DNA of 64,000 bases from Guillardia theta CCMP2712. Lineage: Eukaryota; Protista; Cryptophyta. The translations under genes were made by a program, and so were the position numbers. This document shows, piece by piece, positions 12,933-25,028 of the stretch. How positions within the stretch are numbered: position 1 is the stretch's first letter; each line of letters opens with the position of its first letter. The stretch is taken from positions 1-64,000 of the forward strand of contig NW_005434510.1 in NCBI RefSeq assembly GCF_000315625.1. The letters run 5' to 3'. The notes beneath the pieces are model-generated. The model worked only from the letters and a program-made list of their open reading frames with translations. It was not told where the DNA came from and ran no database searches.

Positions 12933-13956
12933 TCATGTTTTGTAATAACGGAGTTCTTTCATGAACGTATTCCATTCTAGTTGTGTTCGCCTCATGCGAT
13001 ATGTCTCATCGTTTTGTATCCAAGCAAGGAAAGTGGATACATAACGCTGATAAATCCTTCTTGCCTCGTCAGGTTGCGGGTTCTTGATAAAGGTTTCGTA
13101 TTGTATTCTGTCTCTATCTAATCGAGCGGGATCCCTGATTGGAGAAGTCTGAAGTTGATCAAGAATGTGGCGATGAAATGATCGAATAACAAATCCAAGG
13201 TTCGACAGCATTTCTCGGTCTTCCCTCTGACTGAAATCTCTTGGATGGAGATCTTTGTACGGCGGGAGATTTTTGTCTGGGTTGCCGAAATACCACAGAA
13301 TCCATCCGCATGCTAGGCTAGCAAGCTCGATCTCTACGGCCTTGTTTGCTTTTTGAGGCTGATTGGTTGTAGACATCTCATCAGCAATGTGTAGCAACGT
13401 GTCCTTCAGCGAAAGGTTGGCCTTGGGCACATGTTAGCAACTATTCTCACAAAACTCCAATCTACTTACACAAGGATACAGCGCAAAAGGGTCTTTCACA
13501 TTTGCATCCTTTGCAACATTCTTCATTTGTTCTAGTGTGTCACGCAGCTCCCCTAATGTACGGAATGATGGCGAAGGTGCATCTGAGACTTCCTTTTGAC
13601 CACTGGCGGACATATTCTGGGACGATCACCTGGCAATAATGGATGCGCTAAGTCAGGATAAAAATGAAGAATCTCTGTTTAAGAAAGGCAAGTTTTGTCA
13701 CAACGAATGTATCAACTACGTGACCTCATTCCAGTGCTCGCTCGAATACTCTTCACAATTAATTATTTTCAACACTCCCATTTTTCTATCCATGCCACTC
13801 TGCTTCACATACTCGCTCATCTTCGCTTTCGCCTCTTGTATATCGCTGTCGCTTCTCTCTCCCTCCCTCCCTCCCTCTCTCTCTCCCTCCCTCTCTCTCT
13901 ACCATCTTGCATACGCCTACGACTCCTCTTCACCCTTCGCCTCTTCCCACTCCATG
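12933..13956 (-). CDS. Spliced hypothetical protein; last exon carries a WILWYFGN...PPYKDL...DF...LSNLGFVI motif
   Basis: A GTAAGT...GCTAAC...AAG intron joins upstream exon ...KDPFALYPC to ANLSLKD in frame; 5' end uncertain. Confidence 0.5.
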
Positions 13957-14346
13957 AAATCCCACGTCGCATATGGGTTTTCTCAATTATTGACTGAAAA
14001 GAAAAGCAACTCATTTCACTCGCCACCCCGGGGCCCGGCCTCCGCTTACAGCGGCCCCGGGGCGGAACAGTCGGATACTCCGATACTGGCAAAGCCGCCC
14101 GCTTCCTAGGACCCTAATAGGACCGGTGACCACACTACAAGGCAGATAGGCTCCTGCTAACTAGGGTCCTCCATCCGATGCCATGATGATCGCCATGTGC
14201 GGCTGCAGCGGTAGTGCAGTGTGGCCGCGCTCTGTCGCAATGGCACTGAGCCTAGAGCCGCGGCAGCACCACCGTTCACTATCATTTGAAAGTATTCAAC
14301 ATTTAATGCAAATTACTGACTTTGTTTATCATGGCAGGTTTTCCCC

Positions 14347-14646
14347 ATGATGGGCGACAATGAATCTTTGGACGAGCTGGTGAATAAGATGCTTGAACCA
14401 TGGTCAAACCTTCTCTGTCCTATGTTCAATTCCAACCTAAAGCAACCGCTTTGCGAGAGAGACAAGCTGGAAGATCATCGAGCAGCCCCTCAACACACTC
14501 AAGATTGTCCCAACTTGAAAAATGTCACAACAAGGATCTCGCCAGTGAAAGCCTATCAATATCGAAATGGCGGTTTCACCATCCCTCCCAGTACCCGCAA
14601 ACGAGCAGTGAGGGAGGTAAACCAAATCCTTGAGCTGCACCATTGA
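14347..14646 (+). CDS. Small hypothetical protein
   Basis: 99-aa ATG ORF with ordinary composition; no recognised motif. Confidence 0.25.
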   Translation: MMGDNESLDELVNKMLEPWSNLLCPMFNSNLKQPLCERDKLEDHRAAPQHTQDCPNLKNVTTRISPVKAYQYRNGGFTIPPSTRKRAVREVNQILELHH

Positions 14647-14880
14647 AATCTCTACGCCTGTTCTCAAGCTGGGTCCGAGTTCCTTTCTGCTTATATTTGA
14701 TTCGTACTGGCTTGAGGTTGTATGCTAAACTCTACTGAATTCAGCTCGATGTGCTTTAGTAATGATTGATTATTCCTTGTACTTTTTAAAGTTATCACCG
14801 TTTGGCAAAACAGCTTACTCCAAAAGCTTTCATGTTACCGTTCAGATCACAATCAGCCTACGATCACAGAGCAAAATTCC

Positions 14881-16916
14881 TCAAGCGCTGGCTCCAAAGT
14901 TTTTTCCCGTGCTGAACCAGGAAGGCATAGTGAACTCTCCGAAGGGTGACTTCAATACGCTGCCGTCCGGAAATTTGTCCTTGGAGGCTTCTGCAACTCG
15001 AGGCTTCTCCACAGCCTTGACTTCTGTCCGCATTGGCTCGACAGCAGGAGAAATCTGAGGAATGTCTTCAGTCACCTCCTTGAACTGATTGACTTGTCCC
15101 TGAGAGCCCTCCTCTCTGGCCGGAGGGGCTGGAGGGGCAGAGACAGGCCTCGAACGTCCTAAGCGGCGGCCTGTCTTGGACTTGCTTGCCATTCTAGCAG
15201 TAAGCGAAGTGGATGTAGAAGGAGTGTCAGATCCAGGACCCGAAGAGTAGCGCAACTGCAACATGTCACGATAACGAAGAATTCCACGTTGCTGTCGCTT
15301 GACCCAGGGACGGCTTGCCTTGTTTTTCTGCCATCCGTAAAGCTTCCTTGGAGCGGCTGGGGAGTTCGACGGGGGAAAGATTAAGTCGATGATTGAGTAG
15401 AGGAAGACACCTCCAATGCCAATGGCACAGCCAAGAAGCTTAATAGGATCCAAGCTTTCACGCAAGACGATAGCAACGCCAATGATAACGATGACTCTCT
15501 TGGCGGTGTTTGCAACTGACTGAGTGACCGCATTCGTCTTCTTGATTGTCATCGTCGCCAGCTCATTGTATCCGTAGAACCACAACCCGGAGGCAATCAG
15601 ATTGTATGTCACAGCTGGAGTTGTTTGCCATAGAGAGCAAAACTGTCCCCATTTTGCACCCTCCTTTGCTATCATCACGGGGACAGAAAGCAAAAAAGAG
15701 AGGATCATGGTGATTGCAAACTGATTCCCAACATTTCCAAGCCTGTCTTTGATCCCAGGAGTAGTCATGAGCTTCTGGTTTTCTTGGCCCTGTTTGGAGA
15801 TCAGCTCATCTGCGTCTTCATCTCAAAATCATCACCTTGAAGGCAGCAAAAAGATTGGCAATGCAAGCTGTGATGAGAGCAGACCATGCGAAATCAAGCT
15901 CCTTCACCGAGGCGAGGACGACTCCTCCAATGACTGGGATTAGACACAGCCACTTTCCCAGTGAGAGCTGGCAGATTCAAATGAGTGAGCGCGAATATCA
16001 AAAAACGTGGGTGAAAGGAAGACAGACAGTGCCCCCCAAGAAGTATCGAGGATGAACACTGCGGTCTTTGAAAGGTAGATACAGACTATAGGAAGAAGGA
16101 AGAGATTGATAATGGCTTTTTCTGACCTTCTTCTGGTAAAGGGTAACTCCAAGGAGAGCAGCAAATGCTGGCTCTGCAGCCTTGACGATCTGTCCAAAGG
16201 AAACGGCTCCAGCACTGAGTGCGAACACCGAGAACGAATGAGCGGCGGCAGCACAGAAAGCGACCTGAAAGTTGGCTTAGCGGGTGACACATCGGTATGC
16301 GCAATACAGGGATCATCTTGATCACATCTTCCTTGGTTATTTTGGGAAGCTTGCGAGCATCTGGCGCTGCCCACAAGAAGAGGGCGTACAAACATCCCAC
16401 ACCAAGCTGCAACGTGGCAATTGTAAGGGGGAACCCTGCCGCTCCTCCGGCTGCCTTCAGAGCCAACTTGTTTGTGATGTTGTCTACCAACACAATTTCG
16501 TCAAGAGACAGCATGCCTTCTCATTTGAACTTACAGTAGTAGTTGCCGAGGTACCACAAGGCGAAGTAGGCGATGAGCTGCAGGTCGATGGAGATCCCCT
16601 TAGAGGATGTTGTCGGTGACGAAGAAGCTGACATCAAACGTGATGACAATGGGTTTCCTTTCTGCTCACTTCCTGCTCTTGTCAGGAGCGGACGGGAATA
16701 AGCTGATGGTATCGCAAGGGTGTGTCTCGTTGCATACGGAACAGCTTTGGGGGACTGCAGCGATGACGAAAGGAGAGTGACAGACGGCTTGTTAACAGCT
16801 GGAAGTGATGGAGGACTGAAGTTGGGCGAGAGGAAGGCGCATGAAGATGCTGCCATGGTCATCCCCATCATGATCCTCATCGTCGCCTTCGACGTCGCCG
16901 TCTGCTCTCGTGCCAT
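14881..16916 (-). CDS. TPT: Plastid-targeted triose-phosphate/phosphate translocator family protein, multi-exon, with C-terminal extension
   Basis: AASSCA-FLSP presequence; YFALWYLGNYY.NITNK, AVSFGQIVKAAEPAF, GLWFYGYNE, SVANTAKRVIVI. Confidence 0.92.
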
Positions 16917-17459
16917 ACACCAGTGACAAGCCCGATGCTCCTCACACAAAGCTGGTTTAAACTTTACTCTCATATTTCAAAATAACACAACAAATCCTGC
17001 AGATAGTAGTCGAAACCTGAATCCTCTTCTTTATGACTCAAGTACCCACCCTATATTCGGAAGTGCTTCTTCACCTACCCCTTCCAGAGAGGGTCACCCA
17101 ATGAGACGACCAGTGGTCCTTGTTTTACACACCCACCCAGCTCCTAGGTTTCTATGGAACCGGAAAAAATTTAGCACCTACCCTACCTCCCAAATTGTGG
17201 ACCCACCCCTCTTAGAGGCCCCAACCCCGGTAACCTCTGGAGGCATTTGCAAGGCTCGGATCCTGCACCCCAATGTACCACCCTACCCAGTCTCATTTTA
17301 TACCACCACCCCCTTTTGCATCTCACAATTACCCACCTCTTTCGTATCAAAAAAATCCTTAACCCCACCTCCCTTCCAACATGGCCGTACAGCAGGCCTG
17401 GACAGCTTACTAGCCCCCTTTGAGTAAAAGGTCAAGTCACTGATCCGGCATACTCAGTC

Positions 17460-18300
17460 ACTATGATAGCCGAACTTACCGCCGTAGTACCGTCCGCACT
17501 GATCGGACTGGCAGTGAGTAAATGAGACCCGGGGCCATCCGGCGGCGAGAGTCGGTGAGGCAGGCAGTGGCACTGCGCCGCGCCGGCCGGGCCCCGGCAG
17601 CCCGAGGCCGACGAGCCGGCCCAACGCAGGCCGGGCTGACGCGGCCCAGACTCAGGGGGAGGCCCTTCCGGCCCAACTTGCTTGGCTTGAACTGATGAGA
17701 GCCGCTGAGCCTCCGAGGATCTCTTGACTCAAAGTTACTAGCCTAGTGAAAAAGCACTGAGTACGAGGACAATCAGGATAGTCGAGGAGGCTTGACCCTG
17801 ACACTGTACGGTCGGCCGCAGGCCAAACCGCCGGGCGAGCCTGAGAGAAACTTCGACCGTCACCACAGCGAGAACCAAATTCAATCCTCCGAGGATCATT
17901 CGTTTGTAACTGTCACGTGACTGGACTGAACGGTTCCGAGTCTAATACCGTCGACCACCGTGACCGTCGCCGTCTGTGACACTCAGGCGTCGACGGTCCG
18001 ATCCTCTTCAACTTAGTACGGTTCGCACCGTACGGTGGCCCGGTACGGTACCGTCGCCTAGTACAATCATTGCGGCGATGATCAGATGCCCGGCGATCGG
18101 ACTCCCGGCGGCGGGCGGCCGCGCGCCGCGCCGGCCCGACCCTAGGATCGGACCGGACTCGGGCGGCCCGGAGACTCGCCCGGAGTCCCGGGCCCCGGCC
18201 GGGCGGGCGCGCCGCCCAGCCGCCGGGGCCGGTCACCAAGTTCGACTGGGGCAGTACGGAGTACCGTAGGCTACCGTGCCGCTGCATATACACTGTACTC
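17460..18300. promoter_or_regulatory. GC/CpG-rich, palindrome-rich intergenic island (function inferred)
   Basis: Dense CCGG, GGCC, CGGCCG, CGTACG, GACTC, GTCAC. Similar islands at 14020-14280, 21500-21870, 33140-33511, 53250-53400 and 55900-56530. Confidence 0.45.
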
Positions 18301-18747
18301 TCGCAAGACCTGAGGCGAACTGCAATGCTTGGTGGCTGGCCGCTGGAAAAACAAAGCTGGCATGGCGCGAGCGGGGAGAGTAGAGGGCGCAAACTAGCTT
18401 GATACTTTCAGGATGATGTAAGAGGATGGGATCAAATGGGAGGAGAAGATTATGGAAGCGAGGAAGCTGATTTAAGCCTATCTTTCGTGGAATAGCATTG
18501 CGTGAGTAGAATCCACTGGTACACAAACATAACGAGGGGGGTACCTCATGTCTTAGGAGATCTCGTGATTGGTTGCCCCTGAAGGATTGTTATGCTGCAA
18601 CATTTTAACTTTTGTTTCTGATGAGACCCTTTGCAGATCCGTAGAGCCATTGAACCCTCCGTGCCTCGTTGAATTTCAGAGAGCTTTTGATGACTTGCTT
18701 CATCTAACAGCTGGCTGCCTGTTTGCCTGCCCGTTGATCATCGGCAT

Positions 18748-21492
18748 ATGTTGCGATTGCTTCTTCTTTCTTTACTTTCTCCGGCCGGGTGCTTCTTGCT
18801 GAATAGCCGTGTTCCTCCTTTGTCTGTGCATAGGGCAAGCCGTTGGGAGTACGTTGTCCACGGCTATGGATATCCTTGGCATTTCTGCTCGGACGAAAAA
18901 ACTTCAATCAGAAGCTCGCTGTCGAGTAGAAAGAACTCCGGCAGGGTTAATTTCCTGCGCATGACCACACAAAACTCAGAGTTTCTTCCGGAGTCAGCAG
19001 GCTGGCAACAAGAGGTGGAAAAGATGTCATCTACGGCAAAGAACAGCACCAAGTCTGGTGGCAAGAAAAATGCTTCTCCAGTCATGCGCGTTTCTCCAGA
19101 GTTCAACTCTCTCTGTCAAGCGCAATTTGAAGTTCTTTCTTGTATCCTTGGGGCCTCCAAGTGTGTCCTCTACTTCCGCAGAGAAGATGCCAAGACAGGT
19201 CAGCTTGATTTCGTGCCAGCAGCGGTCTACCCCGAGAAGCAGGTTTATTGCTGCCACTTTGAAGCTGAGCTCTAATGTTTTCTATCAGCGTGTCTGGGTT
19301 GTTGGTGAGGGTCCAGCTGGTCTGCCAGCTTCCGGGCCGATCGAGCTTCCTGGCTTCTTCTCTGCCAACTCCATGTTTCCAGAGTATCCTTTCATCAAGC
19401 GACAGAGCTCTGGGATTGCAACCATTTCGCTCGCTGACGGAGGAATTTCGCTTCCTCTTGAGTATGGATCCGTTGTACTTGGCACGATTGCTGTCTGGCG
19501 AGAGAGTGAGCTGCTCGAGAGTTGCTTTCATCGCTGACATCGTGTTAGACCAGAAAGAATGGCAGGATACAGAGCTGAAGCAGGTGATGTTTCAGGATCT
19601 TCCTCGGCGATCACGTTGATGGTAGTCTTTCAGCTCGAAGCCATTGCTCGCTCGTTAGCTGTAGCTGTCATATTGGATCAGAAACATCAATGGCAGGCAA
19701 ATAAACTGGATCGTTACCGTCAAGTTTTTGAAGTGGAGGATGGCAGGAAGCGGTGCAAGCAGAAAGCATGAGAAAGATGCTATCAGAGACCTTACACCAG
19801 GTTACTTTCAATCTTGATGAAATATTTCTCTATCTTTCAGTGCACAATTTCAATCTCTGCTCTAATGCACCCTCCTCATTTTACTCTGTTTGACTTCCGT
19901 TTTCTTTCGTTTCCTCCAGGTCAAGAACAGTTTAAGTGCTGTAAGAATGTTTGGCAAGCTCCTTCTTCGCCGTCTCCCTGGTAATCTTGAAAGATGTTTT
20001 TTTAGAGGCGCTACAGATTCTCAATCGCTTTGAAGGAAGCGACAAGATGAATAGGGAACTAGCAAGGGACATCTTGATACAGGTATCCTCCTTCTGTACC
20101 CGCCGAATGCTGACGTGAAGCATGGTTGCTACTAGTCCGATCGCCTGGTTGATCTCTTGCTCCCCATCGATTCAATGTCAAGCCCTCCTCGTCTTCGCCA
20201 GTCTCGCGCAAACGGGCATGGAAAGCCGCTCCTGCTCTCGTCTGCGTGAGCCCATCACATCTCCATGTTCCCCTGTAGCTCACGCATTGACTGCAGCGCT
20301 AAGAAGGAAGACGCGAGGAGGAGCATGATGTCGAGCATGGTGATACTTGACGGTAAGGTTTGCTCTTCTCCTCTCAGCAATGACGCACTTGGCCTAGATG
20401 ATGAGTTGGATGAATTAGTCGGAGGCCCAACAGCAGCAGAAAGAATGCAGATTGAATCGCTCGACCGCTCCTTGGATAACGCAATGGAAGAGATGAGAAA
20501 GGGGAAAAAGGAATCGGGCGAGAGCAAGAGCAAGAGCAAGAGCACGTCAACCAAACTCTGTATCCTTGAAGAAGTTCTCGCTCCCATCATGAGCGCGAGT
20601 CAGGCAAGTAGGCATGCTGTGAAGCCGAAAGAGGTGAAAATGTCGCAGGCAATCGCGGAGTTTGAGGATATCAAGTTTACCTGCGAGTTCGGGGATGAAT
20701 TGCCTCGCGTCCGAATCAATCAAAGAGCGTTGCAGGCAAGCAAGAAAAGAGGGCGACAACGAAGATTGAAAGAGTGTGAATTGTGTCATGGATTGCAGGA
20801 GGCTGTGAGCAATATTCTAGACAATGCACTCAAGTATGTGCTGCTGAAAGAGTTCAAGAGGAGGAAGAAGCCCTTTGTATCTTTAAGTGTTCAAAAAGGT
20901 TATCCCTCTCCTCCCATTGTCACCCCCTTATTCTTCCTCTTCGTTTTCCTCATGTTCATGCTGACTGCTTGACAGATGATAGTGGCCAGAAGAACGAAAG
21001 TTTCCTGCAGGTTCAAAATCATCGCATGATCTTTCTTCACCACCAACTACACTCTTTTTTCTGCGTTCTGCCAATTGCTCACTTGACTGCTCATCCTCTA
21101 CGCCTTGGTGCAGATCATCATCGAGGACAACGGTAATGGCGTCCAACCTCACGAACTTCTGCGCATCTGCGAGGAGGGGTACAGGTGGGGTGTAGGCGAA
21201 GGGAGGAAGAGGCCCTGACTGTTTGTGCTCAGGGGAAAGGATGTTGACAACATTCCCGGCACCGGACTTGGGCTGCATATCGCCAAGGATCTGATAAGCC
21301 AAATGAATGGAAAGATGTCCATAGAGAACATAGAGCAAGGTTCGTTGCTCCCATCCGTGTTTGTATGTTTGTATCATCATCCGGCTGACAAGTGGTTCAG
21401 GAGGCGGACTGCGAGTGAGAATCTTCCTGCCGACAGAGACAAAGAGAATTCGCAGAAAGCGCAAACCTCCAAGTGAGACTGTAAATGTTTGA
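18748..21492 (+). CDS. CSK: Chloroplast sensor kinase (cyanobacterial Hik2-type histidine kinase), multi-exon
   Basis: Signal peptide + F; SPEFNSLCQAQ...VYPE N-terminal motif; spliced H-box LHQVKNSLSAVRMFGKLLLRRL; N-box EAVSNILDNALKY; DNGNG; GTGLGLHI. Confidence 0.88.
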
Positions 21493-21919
21493 TTCAGTGA
21501 GCACTGCTTGGCCGCCAACTTCAGAAGCCTGCCGGGCCCGCCATCCCGGGCAGGCGGCGGCCACTACTGGCGCCCAGGCTGGCCCGGCCCCTCGGGCCAC
21601 AACTGCCGTGACTTGCCTTGGCTCAGTCCGGGGCCGCCCCGAGGCTCGAGTCGTCAGTCAGGCCCCCGGTGCCACGGTCCGTCACCGAGCTCGGACCCGA
21701 GCTGGCTGACGGACTCGGAGGCCGCTCAGACCGTACGCCGGTGACCGCGGCGGCCCGGGGCATTCACAGGACTCGGGAAGTACCGTCGCCGGGTCGGCAA
21801 CGGTGGCCGCGCGTGGCCGGAACGATTTAGTTAACTCCGCCCTGCCGGTTGGCCGCCGTCGGATGTGTCGAGGAAGTGGTCACGTCCCCCTCTCATTCTG
21901 ATTCCCCCAGTCCCATGGG

Positions 21920-22560
21920 AGTCTGACCCTACCCCCCCCTCTCCCCTCCCACCCTTGTTCTTCTAGAACACTACCAGAAGAACCACCCTACCTACTGCAC
22001 TCCCTTTATGACTCCACGTTTGTCATCCGGTTGAGAAGGAATTAAAACTTTGCTACAAAATTTAAATGTTAACACGTATTTGAAAGGGTCTGCTGACGAA
22101 ATTTAGAGATCTTGAAGATTACAAGGTTGCAATCGGGATTTTAGCTACCGACTAGTGCGGACATGTTCCACAAGGCGGTCCCTATTAGCAAGGGGTACCA
22201 CCCACCTTACCCTAATCGGCAAACCACCGGTACATTGCAATTGCACCCCATGAGCACCCCTCCACCACCCCTTACAGACACATGAGATTCCCCCAAACAC
22301 CCCTTCCTTCCGAGCACCCTACCAACTAGACCCTCACCCACCTAATGGTAACCAACACAGGTGATGACAATCATACTACCCTACCAGTGTAAGACCACAC
22401 CCACCCAACAATCTGACTAGTCCTGGCCGATTGAACCGGTGTTTGAAGTTAGTACCTGCGATCCCACCCCCCAAATCATAGTTGACACGTTTGGTAAAGT
22501 TAGCACTACCCATGCCGTGACCACCCACCCCAGTCATTCCCCCCACCCACCCAAACCGAT
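21920..22560 (+). promoter_or_regulatory. (T/C)ACCC motif cluster, one of about 11 in the window (function inferred)
   Basis: About twenty ACCC cores on the + strand with almost no GGGT. Confidence 0.45.
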
Positions 22561-23257
22561 AGAACTCCATAACATGGTCGCTTCAAGGATCCTGGAGACT
22601 GGAGGTATCTGACCCCGCCAGAAGTTTCAGAAATTGCTTCAAAACTACCTTCCATATTTCAAATATCAATTAATTAAACTTTCAAAACTCGCTAGAACGT
22701 CGCTTATGCTTTCTCTCCACCTCTGCCGCAACCCGAGCGCTCAGCTACCCCGCTCGAGCTTGTCTGAGACTCAAGTCTCTTTCCTTCTACCATGACATCA
22801 ATCTTCCCCTCCCTCCTCGCTCTTCTTGCTCATCCTTCTCAGTCACCCGAACGAGATCCCTTCCTCGACTTGGCATAGCTCAGCTGTTTGCTCTTTTCGT
22901 GCTAACCAATTTACATCTGCTACGCCAACCTGTTGCTTCTATTCCTTATCGGCTTTATCAATTTATCTCCCATTTCTCAAATCGTCCTTATTGTCTCTTT
23001 GCTCCTGGTGAATCTTTCTTGTTTGTTTTCTCACCTCGTTCCCTCGTCCTGATGTACAATCTTCGTAGTAAGCATCCGATTTTCATATCTTGCAAACGAC
23101 TGTTTCATTACCTTGATACGTGCTCTCTCGGAATCAGCTGATTTGTGTCGTTTGCTGTACTGATTTGTTGCCGGACTTCAGTGCCTCGTTGTGGCGTGGC
23201 TTGCGATCAAACCGGTTGAGTTGTTGAGGCGAAAGAGCAAACGAAGAGTCGACATCG

Positions 23258-24656
23258 ATGGTGTCCCAACCTCTCTTCACAGATCATGACGTCGTCCATC
23301 TCGGTTTCTTGAACGTTCCTCACATGCACAAGGTCAGATCCCCTCCTTTGATCATCTGTATGTTCGTCGTGATAAAAGTCGCATAGATCCTGGGCTTCCT
23401 GTGCTTGGGCCACTATGCAGTCAGGTTCTGGTGGCTGGTTCGCTATGGCAGCATGTACTTTGATCCAAGCTCTTGGATCACTTGGGTCACTCCTGCAGTC
23501 CATCTCCTTCTCTCCTGCTCCTCTTTCATTTTTCCGGTGCCCCAAAGACGGTTTGACTCGAAGCCGATCATCTGGAAAGAGCTTCAGCTTCACAACATTC
23601 TGTTTACGTTTCGTTCTTGCATTGTCTTCTGGCTGTGGTGCATGACGGTGAACTGCCTGAGTCATCCTTCGTGCTCATGACTCGTGTGCAGCCATGCTTT
23701 TCAGGGGACTGCGGTCAGAGACACTGGTTCCTGCGGCTGCTCATGGTGTGCTTCTCACATTACGTTGCCGACCGCATCACCGAGAAGTTCGAGCAAAGCA
23801 GCAAGACAACCACCAGGTCAAGGTCGTCGCACCTGCCCCGCAGTCATTGATTTGATTCTAGGGATATGCCGTGGGGACCTAATGTACCAAAGTGGGTACA
23901 GCGTTACGTGAAGGTCTACTACGCTGTATGCCAGCTGTTTGCAACAACTGCGCTTCTGTTAGTTCGTGTTGACTCGTTGAAACCTTCTAGTCATGAGTAC
24001 TGCAGTATTTGTGGGAGCCTGGTTCTCGATAGCGCATTCGCAATCATGTTCCCCATTCAACTTTCTACTTTCTTAATGACACTGGTAATTGTTGTGAGTC
24101 GGGACTCTGTTCTCAATTATTTGAACAGGTTAGGAAGAACCTCATTTCTGGAACTTCATGGCATGTGTGGTATGCCCTCTCCCTTGGCTCTGTCTTCATG
24201 ATTCCCATCAGTCACTCCATCAGGTGAACGGTTTCAATCTTGTGCGAAGAGATTGACACACAGCAGAATTTCGCTCAAGCTGCCGCCTCCGAGCTTTCTG
24301 CACGCTCTTGTCAGGTCGCATGAAACTCCCTTTGCGTGTGAGGTGATCAAGATGCTTCTGGTGCGTCTGCTTCCCGTGCACTGCTGCTCCCTCACCACGT
24401 GCAGGCTCCTCTTGCCGTGTTCTTGCGCCTAAAACTCCGACTCGACAAGTATTTGGTCTTCACAATCGTTACAGGTAAAAACGTTTATCGTGAAAATCGC
24501 TGGTGACACAGCGTTGCAGTTTCATTCGTTATTTTGACCTTGTTTGAGAGAGAGATTACCAGTCAGAAAGCTGTTTACGAGACCAGCCTTCCTGAGACTG
24601 TTGTGCCATGGATCCGCAACGCCGTCGGCGGTTCTCTAGCGTTAATGTCCATGTAA
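23258..24656 (+). CDS. Conserved hypothetical multi-pass membrane protein, multi-exon
   Basis: Spliced reading HMHKILGFLCLGHYAVRF...HLLLSCSSFIF...IWKELQLHNILFTFRS...IQLSTFLMTLV with several hydrophobic segments. Confidence 0.7.
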
Positions 24657-24812
24657 GGACCGCAAGACCAACAAGCACATGAAACATGTTCTGTGTTTGT
24701 CTTCAATGATCAATGTATATTGAAACCGACCAGTTGTTCCTCTCCCGTTCCTCGGCTCTGTCTACACAACCCTCATCCCCCTCACCCCCTGCGCCCTCCA
24801 TCCCTCTCAATC

Positions 24813-24986
24813 CTACTTCTTTTCAACGTTGAGGCTTATATGATGAGAGAGCCCCAAGTCCTTGAGCGACTTGTCCGCCTCATCGAGAATCTTGCGGGGA
24901 AACGCAGTAGCGAGCGTGTGCTTCTCAGGATCTGCTCCACAGACGAACATGAAATCGAGGACGACCTGTTGCATCGTCACATTGAT

Positions 24987-25028
<42 letters not shown>

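Noticed and set aside
17476-18392. Arg/Pro/Gly-rich ORFs in GC islands (also 21.4-21.8, 33.1-33.5 and 56.1-56.5 kb)
   Set aside because: Long stop-free frames are expected at this GC content and no domains are recognisable.
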